A DNA stretch of 37,958 bases from assembly GCF_001194135.2 (NCBI RefSeq), contig NC_068983.1:132613607-132651564 (forward strand), written 5' to 3'. The notes beneath the pieces are model-generated. The model worked only from the letters and a program-made list of their open reading frames with translations. It did not search any database and had not been told where the DNA came from. Each line of letters starts with the position of its first letter. The stretch's first letter is position 1. The translations under genes and the position numbers were made by a program. Origin of the DNA: Octopus bimaculoides (Eukaryota). This document shows positions 1 through 11,799 of the stretch, piece by piece.

Positions 1-102
1 AAGAAGAAGAAGAAGAAGAAGAAGAAGAAGAAGAAGAAGAAGAAGAAGAAGAAGAAGAAGAAAAAGAAGAAGAAGAAGAAGAAGAAGAAGAAGAAGAAGA
101 AG

Positions 103-134
<32 letters not shown>

Positions 135-135
135 C
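1..135. repeat. compound microsatellite (AAG)n then (AAC)n
   Basis: Directly visible: AAG repeats at 1-102, AAC repeats at 103-135. Confidence 0.98.
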
Positions 136-143
136 GAGTACAA

Positions 144-570
144 GAAACAGAAGGGTTTATAATAGTAGCCCAAGGTCAATGCCTACCTACAAGAAACTAG
201 CAGGCCAACTTATTAAAGAATGGCAGTAGCCCAGCGTGTGTATGTGAATAAGAAAACGAAGCCTTTGATCATGTCTCCATGTGCAGTCATCTTGCGCCTA
301 TAGAGTGTCACAACAAGCATGATAGACCAGCACGTTATATTCACGGGGTAATTTGCAAAAAATCGGACCTGCCTCATGATAAAAAACTGGTGGGAACAAA
401 CCACCTCCAGTGCTTGAAAATAATCACATGTCACTCCTCTGGTACTGCACCATTCAAACTGATAGAAAGCTAGATGCGAATAGGCCAGACATTATAATGA
501 AAGACTACAGACAAAAATGATGCCTCCTCATTGATATAAATGCCCCAATCAATATAATTGTATCGAGCTT
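144..570 (+). mobile_element. decayed non-LTR retrotransposon fragment with restriction-like endonuclease (R4/Dong-like), C-terminal zinc knuckle plus RLE
   Basis: Manual translation across 2 frameshifts and 3 stops: ETEGFIIVAQGQCLPTRN*QANLLKNGSSPACVCE*ENEAFDHVSMCSHLAPIECHNKHDRPARYIHGVICK / NWWE / KPPPVLENNHMSLLWYCTIQTDRKLDANRPDIIMKDYRQK*CLLIDINAP. This matches the ETEG..AQDQ.L.TRN, C..C...E..DH...C, RHD, and RPD..ID motifs of RLE-type LINEs. Confidence 0.85.
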
Positions 571-1027
571 GACTTTAACTGGAAACCAAGGAAAATCTGA
601 GGTAACATAATGAATTTCTCTCTCCCTCTATTTCTCTATATCACTCCACATATGTAGAGGTGGGGGTGCATATTTAAACATTGATAGGAAATAACATTCA
701 TATATATATACATATATATAAATATCCACACGAAATTTCGTACTCATTTATATACATTTTTTAGATGTTAGCATACATAAATACCTCTTGCACACGTAGA
801 CAGAGGAAGGATGGGAGAGAGAGGAAGAGATTTAGGAAGACGATCAATAAATTAGCTGCAACGAGGAATTATAAGGCTTTGTGTGTTACGAAACATGTAT
901 TTTGAAACGTTATTGCCTTTAAACGAAATTTGTAGTTTCCCCTATCATATATATATTGCTTATTTTAAGTTGAAATATGTATTGCATATACTACTCAAAT
1001 GCCAAGTTGATATTCATGTATAGAAAA

Positions 1028-1228
1028 GCGTGAGCTGGCAAAATCTTTAGCTCGTCGGGTATAATGTCTAACAGCCTTTCGTCCGTCATTTCGTTCTGAG
1101 TTCAAATTCTCTCCAGGTCAACTTTACCTTTCACTCTTCCGAGATAGATAAAATAAGTACCTCTTGAGCACTGGGATCGATGTAATTTCCCCAAAATTGC
1201 TGTCCTTGGGCCAAAATTTGAAATCAAT
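1028..1228 (+). mobile_element. tRNA-derived SINE, family A, copy 1
   Basis: gcgtgagctggcaaaat head, B-box-like gagttcaaattc, body gataaaataagtac..ctgggatcgatgtaat, tail gccaaaatttgaaatcaa. Homologous to copies at 1244, 1449, 20556 and 25038. Confidence 0.85.
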
Positions 1229-1243
1229 ATTTACGTATGGAAT

Positions 1244-1400
1244 GGTGGCGAACTGGCACCGAGTAAAATATTTAGCGGTATTTCGTCTGTCGTTCCGAGT
1301 TCAAATTCAACCGAGTTCGACTTTGCCATTCATCTTGTCGGGGTCGATAAAATAAGTACCATTTGAGTACCGGGGTCGATGTAATCAAATTTCTTCCTTG
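1244..1400 (+). mobile_element. tRNA-derived SINE, family A, copy 2 (internally deleted)
   Basis: ggtggcgaactggca..gagttcaaattc..gggtcgataaaataagtacc..ggggtcgatgtaatc. Confidence 0.85.
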
Positions 1401-1448
1401 TTGTTTGCTTAGAAGCGCAATTTCAAATTAATATTTAATCAATGACTA

Positions 1449-1657
1449 GGTCGGCGATCTTGTAGAATCGTTACCACGCCGAACGAAATGCTTAGCGACA
1501 TTTCGTCCGTCTTCACATCCTGAGTGCAAATTCTGGTGAGATTGACTTAGTCTTCCATCGCAGTGTCGATAGAATAGGTACCAGATGAACACTGGAGCCG
1601 ATGCAATTGACTAACAAACTCACCCGTACTTACTGACTTTGTTCCAAATTTTGAAAA
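1449..1657 (+). mobile_element. tRNA-derived SINE, family A, copy 3 (diverged)
   Basis: ggtcggcgatcttgtagaatcgtta..gaaatgcttagcg..gagtgcaaattc..gtcgatagaataggtacc..ttccaaattttgaaa. Confidence 0.8.
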
Positions 1658-1928
1658 TAAATTTCACACATTGATTCAGCAAAAAATTTTCTCAATGGTA
1701 GGGGAGACAACTTTTCACGTGCTGCTTTTATCCTTAGGTGCTTGCTATTCTTCATCTTATAGTATTTGCAAGTGTTGCTAGAGTAGAATCGCCCAAAGGA
1801 GTGTACCGCATTGTATACTGGTCGGCACAGGAAAATAGAAATTTTTGCAAATAAATAATTCAGTGACGGCTGTATGTATATGTAAATACACACACACACA
1901 CGCACACACACAAACATGTGTGTGTGTG

Positions 1929-1981
<53 letters not shown>

Positions 1982-2338
1982 NNNNNNNNNNNNNNNNNNN
2001 NNNNNNNNNNNNNNNNNNNNNNNNNNNNNNNNNNNNNNNNNNNNNNNNNNNNNNNNNNNNNNNNNNNNNNNNNNNNNNNNNNNNNNNNNNNNNNNNNNNN
2101 NNNNNNNNNNNNNNNNNNNNNNNNNNNNNNNNNNNNNNNNNNNNNNNNNNNNNNNNNNNNNNNNNNNNNNNNNNNNNNNNNNNNNNNNNNNNNNNNNNNN
2201 NNNNNNNNNNNNNNNNNNNNNNNNNNNNNNNNNNNNNNNNNNNNNNNNNNNNNNNNNNNNNNNNNNNNNNNNNNNNNNNNNNNNNNNNNNNNNNNNNNNN
2301 NNNNNNNNNNNNNNNNNNNNNNNNNNNNNNNNNNNNNN
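1982..2338. other. assembly gap (N-run), one of 11
   Basis: Other gaps: 9243-9867, 11445-11454, 13406-13536, 14443-14596, 18773-19436, 21182-21321, 22618-22855, 23557-23800, 30168-30177, 34355-34624. Most are flanked by (AT)n. Confidence 0.99.
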
Positions 2339-2373
<35 letters not shown>

Positions 2374-3069
2374 AACACACAAGACAATCACACGCGTGCA
2401 CACACAAAACGCATATTATCGACGACTATCAGCTGGGAAGGAGTTACTATGTGTAAAATAATTACTTTTCTTAATTCAATAAAGCTAATTAAACATGTAT
2501 GAGAACCAACATTTCTAAGTGTAATAGGAAAGCTGAAACTATAGCCACATCAGGGCTATGAAAATATATTAATTTAGTCAGAAGTTATGGTGGACATAGA
2601 AACTTCGTACATGGTTTACTGGAATCTATTAGCAAGTTCATGAAACCTCTGTGTCTCTGAATAAAGAGTTGTATTCAGACTCTTATTGCCACTCATGCGA
2701 ACGCCCCTTAATTACCCAATAGCTCTCCTCATTGTTAAGTTGAACTTCTCGCGCATAATCATTTACAATCCGTTGCATTTCCTAACCTGTCCCCAAACGT
2801 ATTGTGTGTCAGTTCATGAGCATTTACATACACACGACCGGACAAATACTTATATTGCAGTTCTATATTTAAGAGATGAGGAATTATGTACGTTATTTAC
2901 ATTATTCACATTATTTACATTCGATGGATATTTGTCCTCATCTTGTTTGTTGTCAAGAAAACATTTCGGCTGATATACCCTCTAGCCTTCTTCAGGTGTC
3001 TTGGGAAAATTTCTCATTCGTAAGGTATTTTTCGATGTTGTCGTTGTTATTATTATCACTACGCCATAT

Positions 3070-3145
3070 GCCCGTGGGTGTAGTGGTTAAGAGCGCAGGC
3101 TACTAACCCCAAGATTCCGAGTTTGATACCATGCAGTGACCGGGA
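3070..3145 (+). mobile_element. tRNA-like SINE head or tRNA-derived pseudo-element
   Basis: A-box-like tagtggttaag and B-box-like gagtttgatacc, followed by an (ATT)n tail. The acceptor and anticodon stems do not pair properly. Confidence 0.6.
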
Positions 3146-3147
3146 CA

Positions 3148-3148
3148 A

Positions 3149-3222
<74 letters not shown>
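3148..3222. repeat. (ATT)n immediately followed by (AAT)n, self-complementary
   Basis: Directly visible. Confidence 0.95.
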
Positions 3223-3223
<1 letters not shown>

Positions 3224-4161
3224 CATCATAGAAATGCGAACCCACGTTCGAAGAAGGCTGGAAGGTATATCAGCCGAAACGTTGTGTTAACAACAAACAA
3301 TATGAGGACAAATATCCGTCAAATGTAAATAATATAAATAATGTAAATATATATATTGATACATAAACACACATACAAGCTCGCAGATGCTTGAACGTGC
3401 GCTTACAGAAAATAATTAGACTCAAATACTCACCCAACATGTATCAGGGAGACCAAGCATTCCAAGTTACTCCCACGAAATCGCGATCGCACACCACTTT
3501 GTCTCTGTAAGACCATCGTACGCTCGTATATGTTCGATATATTCTCATATATACAATTGAAAATTATCCTATTATTTTATGAGGTCGATAACATCAGGTA
3601 ACTTTACAGTCGTACACAGATCACGATCATAGGGTATACATATTTTAATGCACAGAAAGGTGTAGATTTACATGTGTCTAACATGGTTGCCGTGCACATT
3701 ATGAGCTAGCAATCATTCAACGTCCACGTCAATAGGTTCATCAATTTATCCATTGCTTTCCTCTAAATTGTGCAGAGAGTAGTAAGCCATTTGTGATTCC
3801 ACAAACATGCTGACACTCAAAATATTAAGGAATATACATTTGCTTGTTGACTCTCAAATTATAAAGGAATATACACTCTCCCAAACATAATACAGCTTAG
3901 AGTAGTGATTTTCACAATGCCACTAATTGTTTAAACACGATAGAAATCGGAACCCAACCTAGTCATATCAGGTACAAGAGATTGAAAACAAAAGGCTCAC
4001 TTGAAGACATCACTAGCTCTCGACTTCTTCAACTAAGAGCTTCAGTACAACAAATCTTTCTCTGGTAATTTATTTTCCATATATTCCGTACATTGCAATA
4101 TCATAGAATTTCAAAGTGCTTCCCAATCAACAAAACTTTATTTAAGGGTATTGAAAAATTT

Positions 4162-4390
4162 GTGTGCAAAACCAGTTAGCGGTATTCGGTTCACTATCAT
4201 GAGGTCATGAGTTCCCGACGGTGCATTGTGTCTTAGAGCAAGACATTTTATTTCATCAGTCCTTTCAGCTGGCAAAAGTAAGTTCTGCTTGTATTTCAGA
4301 ATGCCAGCATTTTCTGTGTCACACTGAACCTCCATGAGAACTGCATTAATCAAATCAACGGAAATACACGTTGTAGTAAGCAACGGAGTG
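4162..4390 (+). mobile_element. degenerate tRNA/CORE-type SINE
   Basis: gaggtcatgagttcccg..gtgtcttagagcaagacattttatttca..cagctggcaaaa..tgtcacactgaacctccatgagaact. Related to the minus-strand copy at 29945-30085. Confidence 0.55.
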
Positions 4391-7329
4391 CCAAATCAAG
4401 GATTAAATAGCCAGTGACATGGATTAACTGGGAAAGACTTTATCTTGTGACGTACTTTTAGAGCTGGGGTCACTAGCAATACCAATAATTGCCGTGCATG
4501 CGATTATAAAAAAGCCCACAAAATATCATATTGCTGTTGTCAATCACCGAAACTTGCTGCATGGGTAAAGCAAAAAACACAGCCATGAGAGGGCCACAAT
4601 CACCAACAAAACCCTATTAAGTACGGCAGATCATCAATCCTTAAAGTTTATGTTTACCCAATCATTGGTGAATACTTTGCAAAATATTTTTAGAATAAGA
4701 ATTTTCGGTGGTGCTAATGTTTTAGTACAGGAATTTCGATTTTGAACTCGTAAATGTGCCCATTACTTGTGGTCAAATCTTTTTCATGCTCATCCTTGCT
4801 TCCAAATATATAATCTACACACAGAGTTTGTATGCATTCAAATAATTAAAACACAGTGAATATTAACGGAATTTTCATATTATGGGGATCTAATCCTAAT
4901 TTTTAAAATATTTAATTTTTCTTTCAATTTAAATTAAATTTGTGCAGGTAATATAATGATATTCAATTCTGCTCTGAAATGTTATTTGCCATGTTAATGC
5001 TACTTTATTTTCCTTTTTTTTTTCTTTCTCAAGTTAATCATTATATGCTCAAACTACATGTATATCGTTTACTTCAAACCGAAAATCATAATGTAATATT
5101 GAAAAATATTATTTCTGTTCTCGCTAGTATATTTGATTAACGCTGTGAAACTGTTTGTTGCCTTTATAAAACAAAAAAAAAGAGTTACATGCATGCTCGT
5201 ATATATTGACTTGTGTTGAAGTAATTATGTTCCAGTGGGACACATAAATTCAATAAATGTAAAGGAACCTAAGTGAGAGCAATAAATAATATATGAGAGA
5301 CAGGAATCAATATAAATCCTTGTTTTACGTTTGAAGAAAAAGAGAAAAGAAATAATAAAATAATGTAAAATCAAAAACTGGAAAACCAGTTTAGTGACCG
5401 ACTTACTAAAAAAGAAACATTAATATGAATGCATAAACTAGTCAAAATTATGCTTAAACGCCTAAGTAGACTGTTTAACAGTCTATATTACAGAACTTTG
5501 GAGATCAACTAGGAATAAGGTGAAATTTTCTTCTGTCAAGTACTATTTTACTTGCAACGTGATATAAACGTGATTTCTTTTCCATTTTTGACAACCATAG
5601 ATGTTTCTGTTTGTGTTTGCGTCTAGGCTTCTCTTTTGTATAAATAGCTATCGACAATTGTGCGAGGAGTTTACGTTACTATTCTCCGGATTATAGCTCT
5701 ACAGAGTCAAATGGGCCTTTAACATTTTGAAGGTGACACTGCGTATTATGAGGGACTTTTCCTGCTATTTCTAGGGAGTTAACTGTATACACAAGGACAC
5801 TTTCTTTGATGTTTCTTTACGTTACGATTGTTTTCCAGCACTCTCAAAAGCAGAAATGGGGTTCGACTCAGAGTAAAGTCTGGATATTTGTTCAAAATAT
5901 ATGTAGCCATGTTTCACCAGTGTATCGAATTTTGAGACATCACTTCCTTACAATACTCACGTAAATATCCAGTAGCCTTACAATATGCATGGTTCTTGTA
6001 TTATCCTCCATTTGAATTAACAATTAGCACTGCATCAACTGCATACTTTCTATGCCAATACTACATTTCTTACGTTAGTTCATCAGAATATTTATTTCTA
6101 AATATTGTTAAGCGCCTTCTGTTACAAAGTCTTTTATTAAATTCAAAGTAAACATATATGGTGATATGTTTTATAGTATATGTATTATGAAGACAATGCA
6201 ATAACATATATATTAATGGTTTCCAAACATTTACCAGCGCAAACGTAATATCGCAAACCGATAAACATTTGCAAACATTTTTATATTAAATTAAAATTAA
6301 GTATTTATCAAACATCAAATAGAATTAAATTTTCCTACTTGAAAATTCCTTACATGTTTGAAGATTTCATATGCGTTGGAGAAATATTCTTTATTTGCAG
6401 TAAATTTTGTATTATTGATATTAAGCCGATGGCATACTACATAATATAGTCACCAACGTTTTACTTTTCATCAAATATTTTAAGAGGCTATTGATGTTCA
6501 CTTCTCATTCGCAATTTAATGCGATAGAATTTCAGTTGTGATCCTCAGGTTAGAAAAAATTGCGAAAACCTAGAGAAGGAAATACATTTGAATATTTGAA
6601 ACAAGAATGTTTTTGTAATATTTCAGAAATTATTTTTAAGGTTACACGTTTCAAAACATTTGAATTATAAATCGTATTATGTGCAAGTTAAAAATAATGC
6701 TGAATGTTTTTACATTCATATTTTAAAGTGATAGAGAAATATTAGATATCAAATACGAAGACCTTCAGTTTTCCGATATCTTCACAAATACAAATCAAAA
6801 ATATTAATTCAATAACATTTCATACTGTTTTTATGTGAATAACTGCATACCCATCATATTGCCATTTTCAATATCACTATATAAGTTAGAGCATTTTGCA
6901 TGATTGTTATGTAATTTATCTCCAATAAATCTCAGCAGATGTAACACGACAGTTAATAACAAATAACAATAGTTGTAGAATAATACAATTATCATAGCCA
7001 CAAGGATTTGCGTCAGCAAAATAAAATTGATTATTTTATATTTATATATATTCTCTATTCAATATAATGAAATGTTAAATTACAAAGCAAAATGATCATC
7101 TTCTGCAATGTTCAAGAGAAATCTCAAATTGTCATCGATTTTCAACAACTAATCTAATACTATTCCGCTCTCAAGATTTACAACGTGTCTATATTCCTTC
7201 CATCTTATAATCCACAAACGTGGCATTCATTAAATATAGCCTATCAACATAAAGTACATATTTAGATTACTGTGATAGCGATTAATCGGTAGACATCTTC
7301 TTCATACGTTTATGTAGACACAGAATAAC

Positions 7330-7330
<1 letters not shown>

Positions 7331-7423
<93 letters not shown>
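7331..7423. repeat. (TC)n microsatellite
   Basis: Directly visible. Confidence 0.98.
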
Positions 7424-7428
<5 letters not shown>

Positions 7429-7564
7429 AGCTTCTCTAAACCACTTGATTCAGAAAACACATACACAAACATATATATATATAAGGTAATCAAAAGTGTA
7501 CGTACGCTGCTATATGTATATGTATAAATATAAAAAATGGAACAAAAACGTAATATATGATAAT

Positions 7565-8888
7565 AAAACATCCGAACAGATCGAAGATACAAAGGGGGAC
7601 CGGAAAAACAACCAACAGAGCTACAGGAAGAGAACAAGTGAACAAGTACAGGTCATTCGTGGCCTTCTTTCATCAGTCAAAGTTTCCGGGTTTTCCTTAC
7701 AGTTTGGAGACAGTTCAAATCTGGTTGTCCCAAAAACGACTGAGCTAAGAGCATTAGATTTTTGTAAGAAAGCGTGTGAATGCTTCCGACAAAGAAACAA
7801 AAGACGGAGAACATTTTACACAATTACAAATACAAACAAGAAAATAACAACAGGTATCTTTCTACTAATAAAGACGAATCAGATTGAGCTGATGTGTGTA
7901 GAGTGAACGCCTTGAGGCAGGACCATAGGAGATGGATATAAGAGATGTTTCGCGGTCGGTAGTCAAGCCAAGAAAGAAAGATCATGCCTGGCCGAATACC
8001 GGTCGCGTGGAAGAAGAGATGGATGGGGGCATAGGAATTGAAGGGTCAGGGGCAGAATGAGAAAGAGAGAAAATCAATGGGACAACGAGAAAGATACAAG
8101 GGAGATAAAGGAGGACGGAAATTAGGAATTAACAAAAGAGAGGACCAAGAAATGTGAGAGAGAGGAAGCGGGAAAAAGAAAAGAGGAAAGAAAGAAAAAA
8201 GTATGATGGGGACTAAAAGACGGGGTAAAAGAATTTTACCAATTTTAGATACATACTTCCAAGGTGAGCAAAAGTATACGTAACTCGTAATATGCATAGA
8301 TAAATATAAGAAATGGGACAAAAACAAGGTAGATGACAATGAAATAAATATAAGGAGAGATAGACGATAAAAAGGCGGACAGGAAAAAAACAATTAGAGG
8401 AACAAAGAACAAGAAAACAGGCGGCCCTCTCTTTCTTTAATTCCTATTTTTCCTTCTCGTTTATCACCATTTGGTTCTCTCTCTTTCTCATTCTTCCCCT
8501 AATCTTTCAGTCCCTTTTCTCCCTATCCTTCTCTTCTCCTTCCACGTTCGGCCAAGCATGATCTCTCTTTCTTGGCTTGACAGATGTCCATCTCCTATGT
8601 TCCTGCCTTAAGGCTTTCACTCTATACATGTCAGACCTATTTGATTAGTCTTTATTAGTCGAAAGACACCTGCTGTTATTTTCTTGTTGTTTGTATTTGT
8701 AATTGTGTAACATATTCTTCGTTTTTTATCTTTATTGTACATATTTGCTTGCTTTTTCACAAAATTCTAATGCTTAGACGTTTTGAGGAAACAGATGTAA
8801 AGAAACGGCCACGAATGACCCGTATCCTGTCCCTCCATTTGTTGTTTTTCCTGTCCGCCTTTGTATCGTCGATCTGTCCGGAAGTTTT
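7565..8888. mobile_element. large inverted-repeat (foldback) structure, probably a rearranged non-coding part of a retroelement
   Basis: 7565-8092 matches the reverse complement of 8454-8888. Shared segments include ttacacaattacaaatacaaac, gtcaagccaagaaaga.agatcatgc.tggccgaa and ggtcattcgtggcc. The arms are diverged with indels. Confidence 0.75.
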
Positions 8889-10112
8889 CTTTTCATCTAT
8901 CGCGTTTTGTTCCATTCATGACAGAACGCACGCGTTACCTTTATACAGTACGTTTTAACTATTTTTCTAACGCGACTCTCTCTATTTCTATCTCCCCCTC
9001 TCATTCTTCCCTCTATTGTTCTTCGCCTCTACCTGTGACTACTATCTCTCTCTCTCTCTATCTCTTGTTACTCGTCCTTCGCCTCTCACCGTTACTACTA
9101 CTATCTCTCTCTCTCTCTCTACCTCTCTTTGCTCACTTTTATTCTACTTCCTCCCCTCCTTTTCCCTCTGCTACTCTTTCTCTTCACACAGCTTTGGTCA
9201 CGTGTGTCCGGCTGCTATTTCTTTTCGTTCTTGGAATCACCANNNNNNNNNNNNNNNNNNNNNNNNNNNNNNNNNNNNNNNNNNNNNNNNNNNNNNNNNN
9301 NNNNNNNNNNNNNNNNNNNNNNNNNNNNNNNNNNNNNNNNNNNNNNNNNNNNNNNNNNNNNNNNNNNNNNNNNNNNNNNNNNNNNNNNNNNNNNNNNNNN
9401 NNNNNNNNNNNNNNNNNNNNNNNNNNNNNNNNNNNNNNNNNNNNNNNNNNNNNNNNNNNNNNNNNNNNNNNNNNNNNNNNNNNNNNNNNNNNNNNNNNNN
9501 NNNNNNNNNNNNNNNNNNNNNNNNNNNNNNNNNNNNNNNNNNNNNNNNNNNNNNNNNNNNNNNNNNNNNNNNNNNNNNNNNNNNNNNNNNNNNNNNNNNN
9601 NNNNNNNNNNNNNNNNNNNNNNNNNNNNNNNNNNNNNNNNNNNNNNNNNNNNNNNNNNNNNNNNNNNNNNNNNNNNNNNNNNNNNNNNNNNNNNNNNNNN
9701 NNNNNNNNNNNNNNNNNNNNNNNNNNNNNNNNNNNNNNNNNNNNNNNNNNNNNNNNNNNNNNNNNNNNNNNNNNNNNNNNNNNNNNNNNNNNNNNNNNNN
9801 NNNNNNNNNNNNNNNNNNNNNNNNNNNNNNNNNNNNNNNNNNNNNNNNNNNNNNNNNNNNNNNNNNNATATATATGTTTTATAAAATTCGTCGGTTAAAC
9901 CAGAACAATACGAAATAAATTCAAGGCAAATCACAAGGAAACAGGCATATGGATCAATGGTGACTTACACTGCAGTCAATATATCAGGGTTATGAACACC
10001 TCTTCAAGAATTAGCGAATGTTGGAAATGTAGCCCTCCTCAGGAATTAGGGAATGCTGCAGACGTACATGCTTGTGAGTATGTGGGGAGTAGCCATGCGC
10101 AGAAAGTTGTTG

Positions 10113-10406
10113 TTATAGCAACCAGTTAGCTTTATGTAATTGTCTTCTGTTGTTGATACTCGGCTTCCGTTGGTGTATTAACATGACTTCGGAGATTCTA
10201 AGTGTCTGCTTCTTCACAGAAGTGTATGTCTGCATGTGTTCTTCTATGCGTATAAACAGTTTTCTTGGTGTGCTTCCGATGTATGATGCACCACATTTAC
10301 TGCAGCTGACCTCATATACAACATAGGTATTTAGGCACAATTTGATGTCCTCCATTGGGCAATTTGATAACATGCACTCCTCAATGTTGTGAAAGGTGTT
10401 GTTCAT
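10113..10406 (-). mobile_element. Penelope-like element GIY-YIG endonuclease remnant
   Basis: The ORF contains VVYEVSCSKCGASYIGSTPRKLFIRIEEH, the PLE-type VVY..C..C...YIG.T.R.L..R..EH motif. No RT is attached upstream; that region is replaced by (TATG)n repeats. Confidence 0.85.
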
Positions 10407-10589
10407 ATTCAGAACAATTTTTCAGGAATGAACCGGTGAGTATTATTGTTATGTATATATCTGTGTGCGTGTGGGGTTGGGTGTAATGACAAGTTTTTAT
10501 GTATTGTTATATGCACATATACACTTATATACATATATATATGTGTGTGTGAGTGAATCATATATAAATAATTACGGCTATATACGTAT

Positions 10590-10735
10590 ACATGTATGTA
10601 TGTATGTATGTATGTATGTATGTATGTATGCATGTATGTATGTATGCATGCACGCATGCATGTATGCATATATGTATGTATGTGTATGTATATGTATATG
10701 TATGTATGTGTATGTATATGTATATGTATGTATGA
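10590..10735. repeat. (TATG)n compound microsatellite
   Basis: Directly visible. Confidence 0.95.
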
Positions 10736-11799
10736 GCTGATAATTTCCTGCTCAAATGGCTAACCAATGTTACTTGGACTGATATTCTGTCAGTAGACAG
10801 TATATTCTCAGAAGAGAGAAAAATTATCTGACAGAAACACAATATAAACCAAGATGATTGTGCCTATATTCCTGTTAGTAGACTTAGTAATTTTGCATTG
10901 ATTGAGTTGCTCTGTAATATTTGTTTTTAAGTTAGGGGTGTGTTAATGTGTGTATACATGAAGGAATGTATGAGTTAATATGCTTTTAATTGAATGTATG
11001 AACAGAAACAGGCATGTCAAATATTTCATAAAGGTATATTCTATGTCATGGATTAGATATCCTCAAAATCTTACTTCCTTTTAGATTTATATTATCGCTC
11101 TATTAAACATGATGCGATTATGTTACAGAAAATTACCATGAAATTGTCTGTGGTCGAATTATATTATTGCTTTAGATTGTCCTCAATAATATTTTAGTTA
11201 GAACGGTCATGATTGTACAGAATAGCCAATGTGAAACAACTTTCCGTATTTTTTTATGACAGCGATGCCATTTTCCAACGGAAATTGAAGGTAATTACCA
11301 ATGAAACACTTAGACGCTATTTTCTGTAATTCAGACTGCTTCGTGGTTCCGGCATTCAAAATGTAAAAGGACTTACGGGGATAGATCCTGGAGATGGCCA
11401 TCTCCGTCCTGATGGCTGTGAGCAGGGATATGATTCGAGGGGGGNNNNNNNNNNAATTCTATTAATGATTCTACAATACACAAAGAGGGAACCAGTAGGA
11501 AATATGTCCATGTATTTCAAATTTCAATGGAGTCGAATTTTTTTTTTTTTTTTGTTATCAATCCTACATGGGACTGCGCCTAAATAGAAATGGGGAAACA
11601 ATTCTAAGTTTCCTCACTGTGACTGTAGAACAGTCCATCCATAAACTATGCGTTGCTCATTATCAAATTCCGCTCCCTTTTAGAGTTAATCACCGAAGTA
11701 ACAATAAACTGTGCAATATTTGTCCAAGAAACAAGGTCAAGCCACTAGTAGACCATTGATAATGATACAGGGGAAATTTTATCATGGGCTACTATAGTT

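Larger units (their letters stand above)
2895..3348. mobile_element. inverted pair of 99-bp repeats resembling Penelope-like element termini
   Basis: Arms at 2895-2993 and 3250-3348 are reverse complements with about 11 mismatches by hand count. The unit reads (ct)gaagaaggctg..cagccgaaacgttg, the CTGAAGA..CCGAAAC signature typical of PLE termini. The inverted repeat is seen directly; the PLE assignment is inference. Confidence 0.65.

Noticed and set aside
1630-2502. Long ORFs spanning N-runs here and at 8861-9934, 13342-13609, 14296-14731, 18664-19564, 21115-21540, 22422-22881, 23434-24026 and 34159-34904
   Set aside because: Their length comes from X residues and (AT)n/(CA)n repeats giving YIYI or HTHT runs; they are not genes.
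3070-3145. Functional tRNA gene
   Set aside because: The cloverleaf stems do not pair and it runs into a simple-repeat tail, which fits a SINE head better.
4451-4586. CRACDYKKAHKISYC as a LINE C-terminal zinc knuckle
   Set aside because: The C-x2-C-x5-H-x4-C spacing is shorter than typical and there is too little supporting context.
7496-7906. 136-aa ORF
   Set aside because: It lies in the purine-rich arm of the inverted repeat, has low-complexity composition, and the opposite arm does not preserve the frame.
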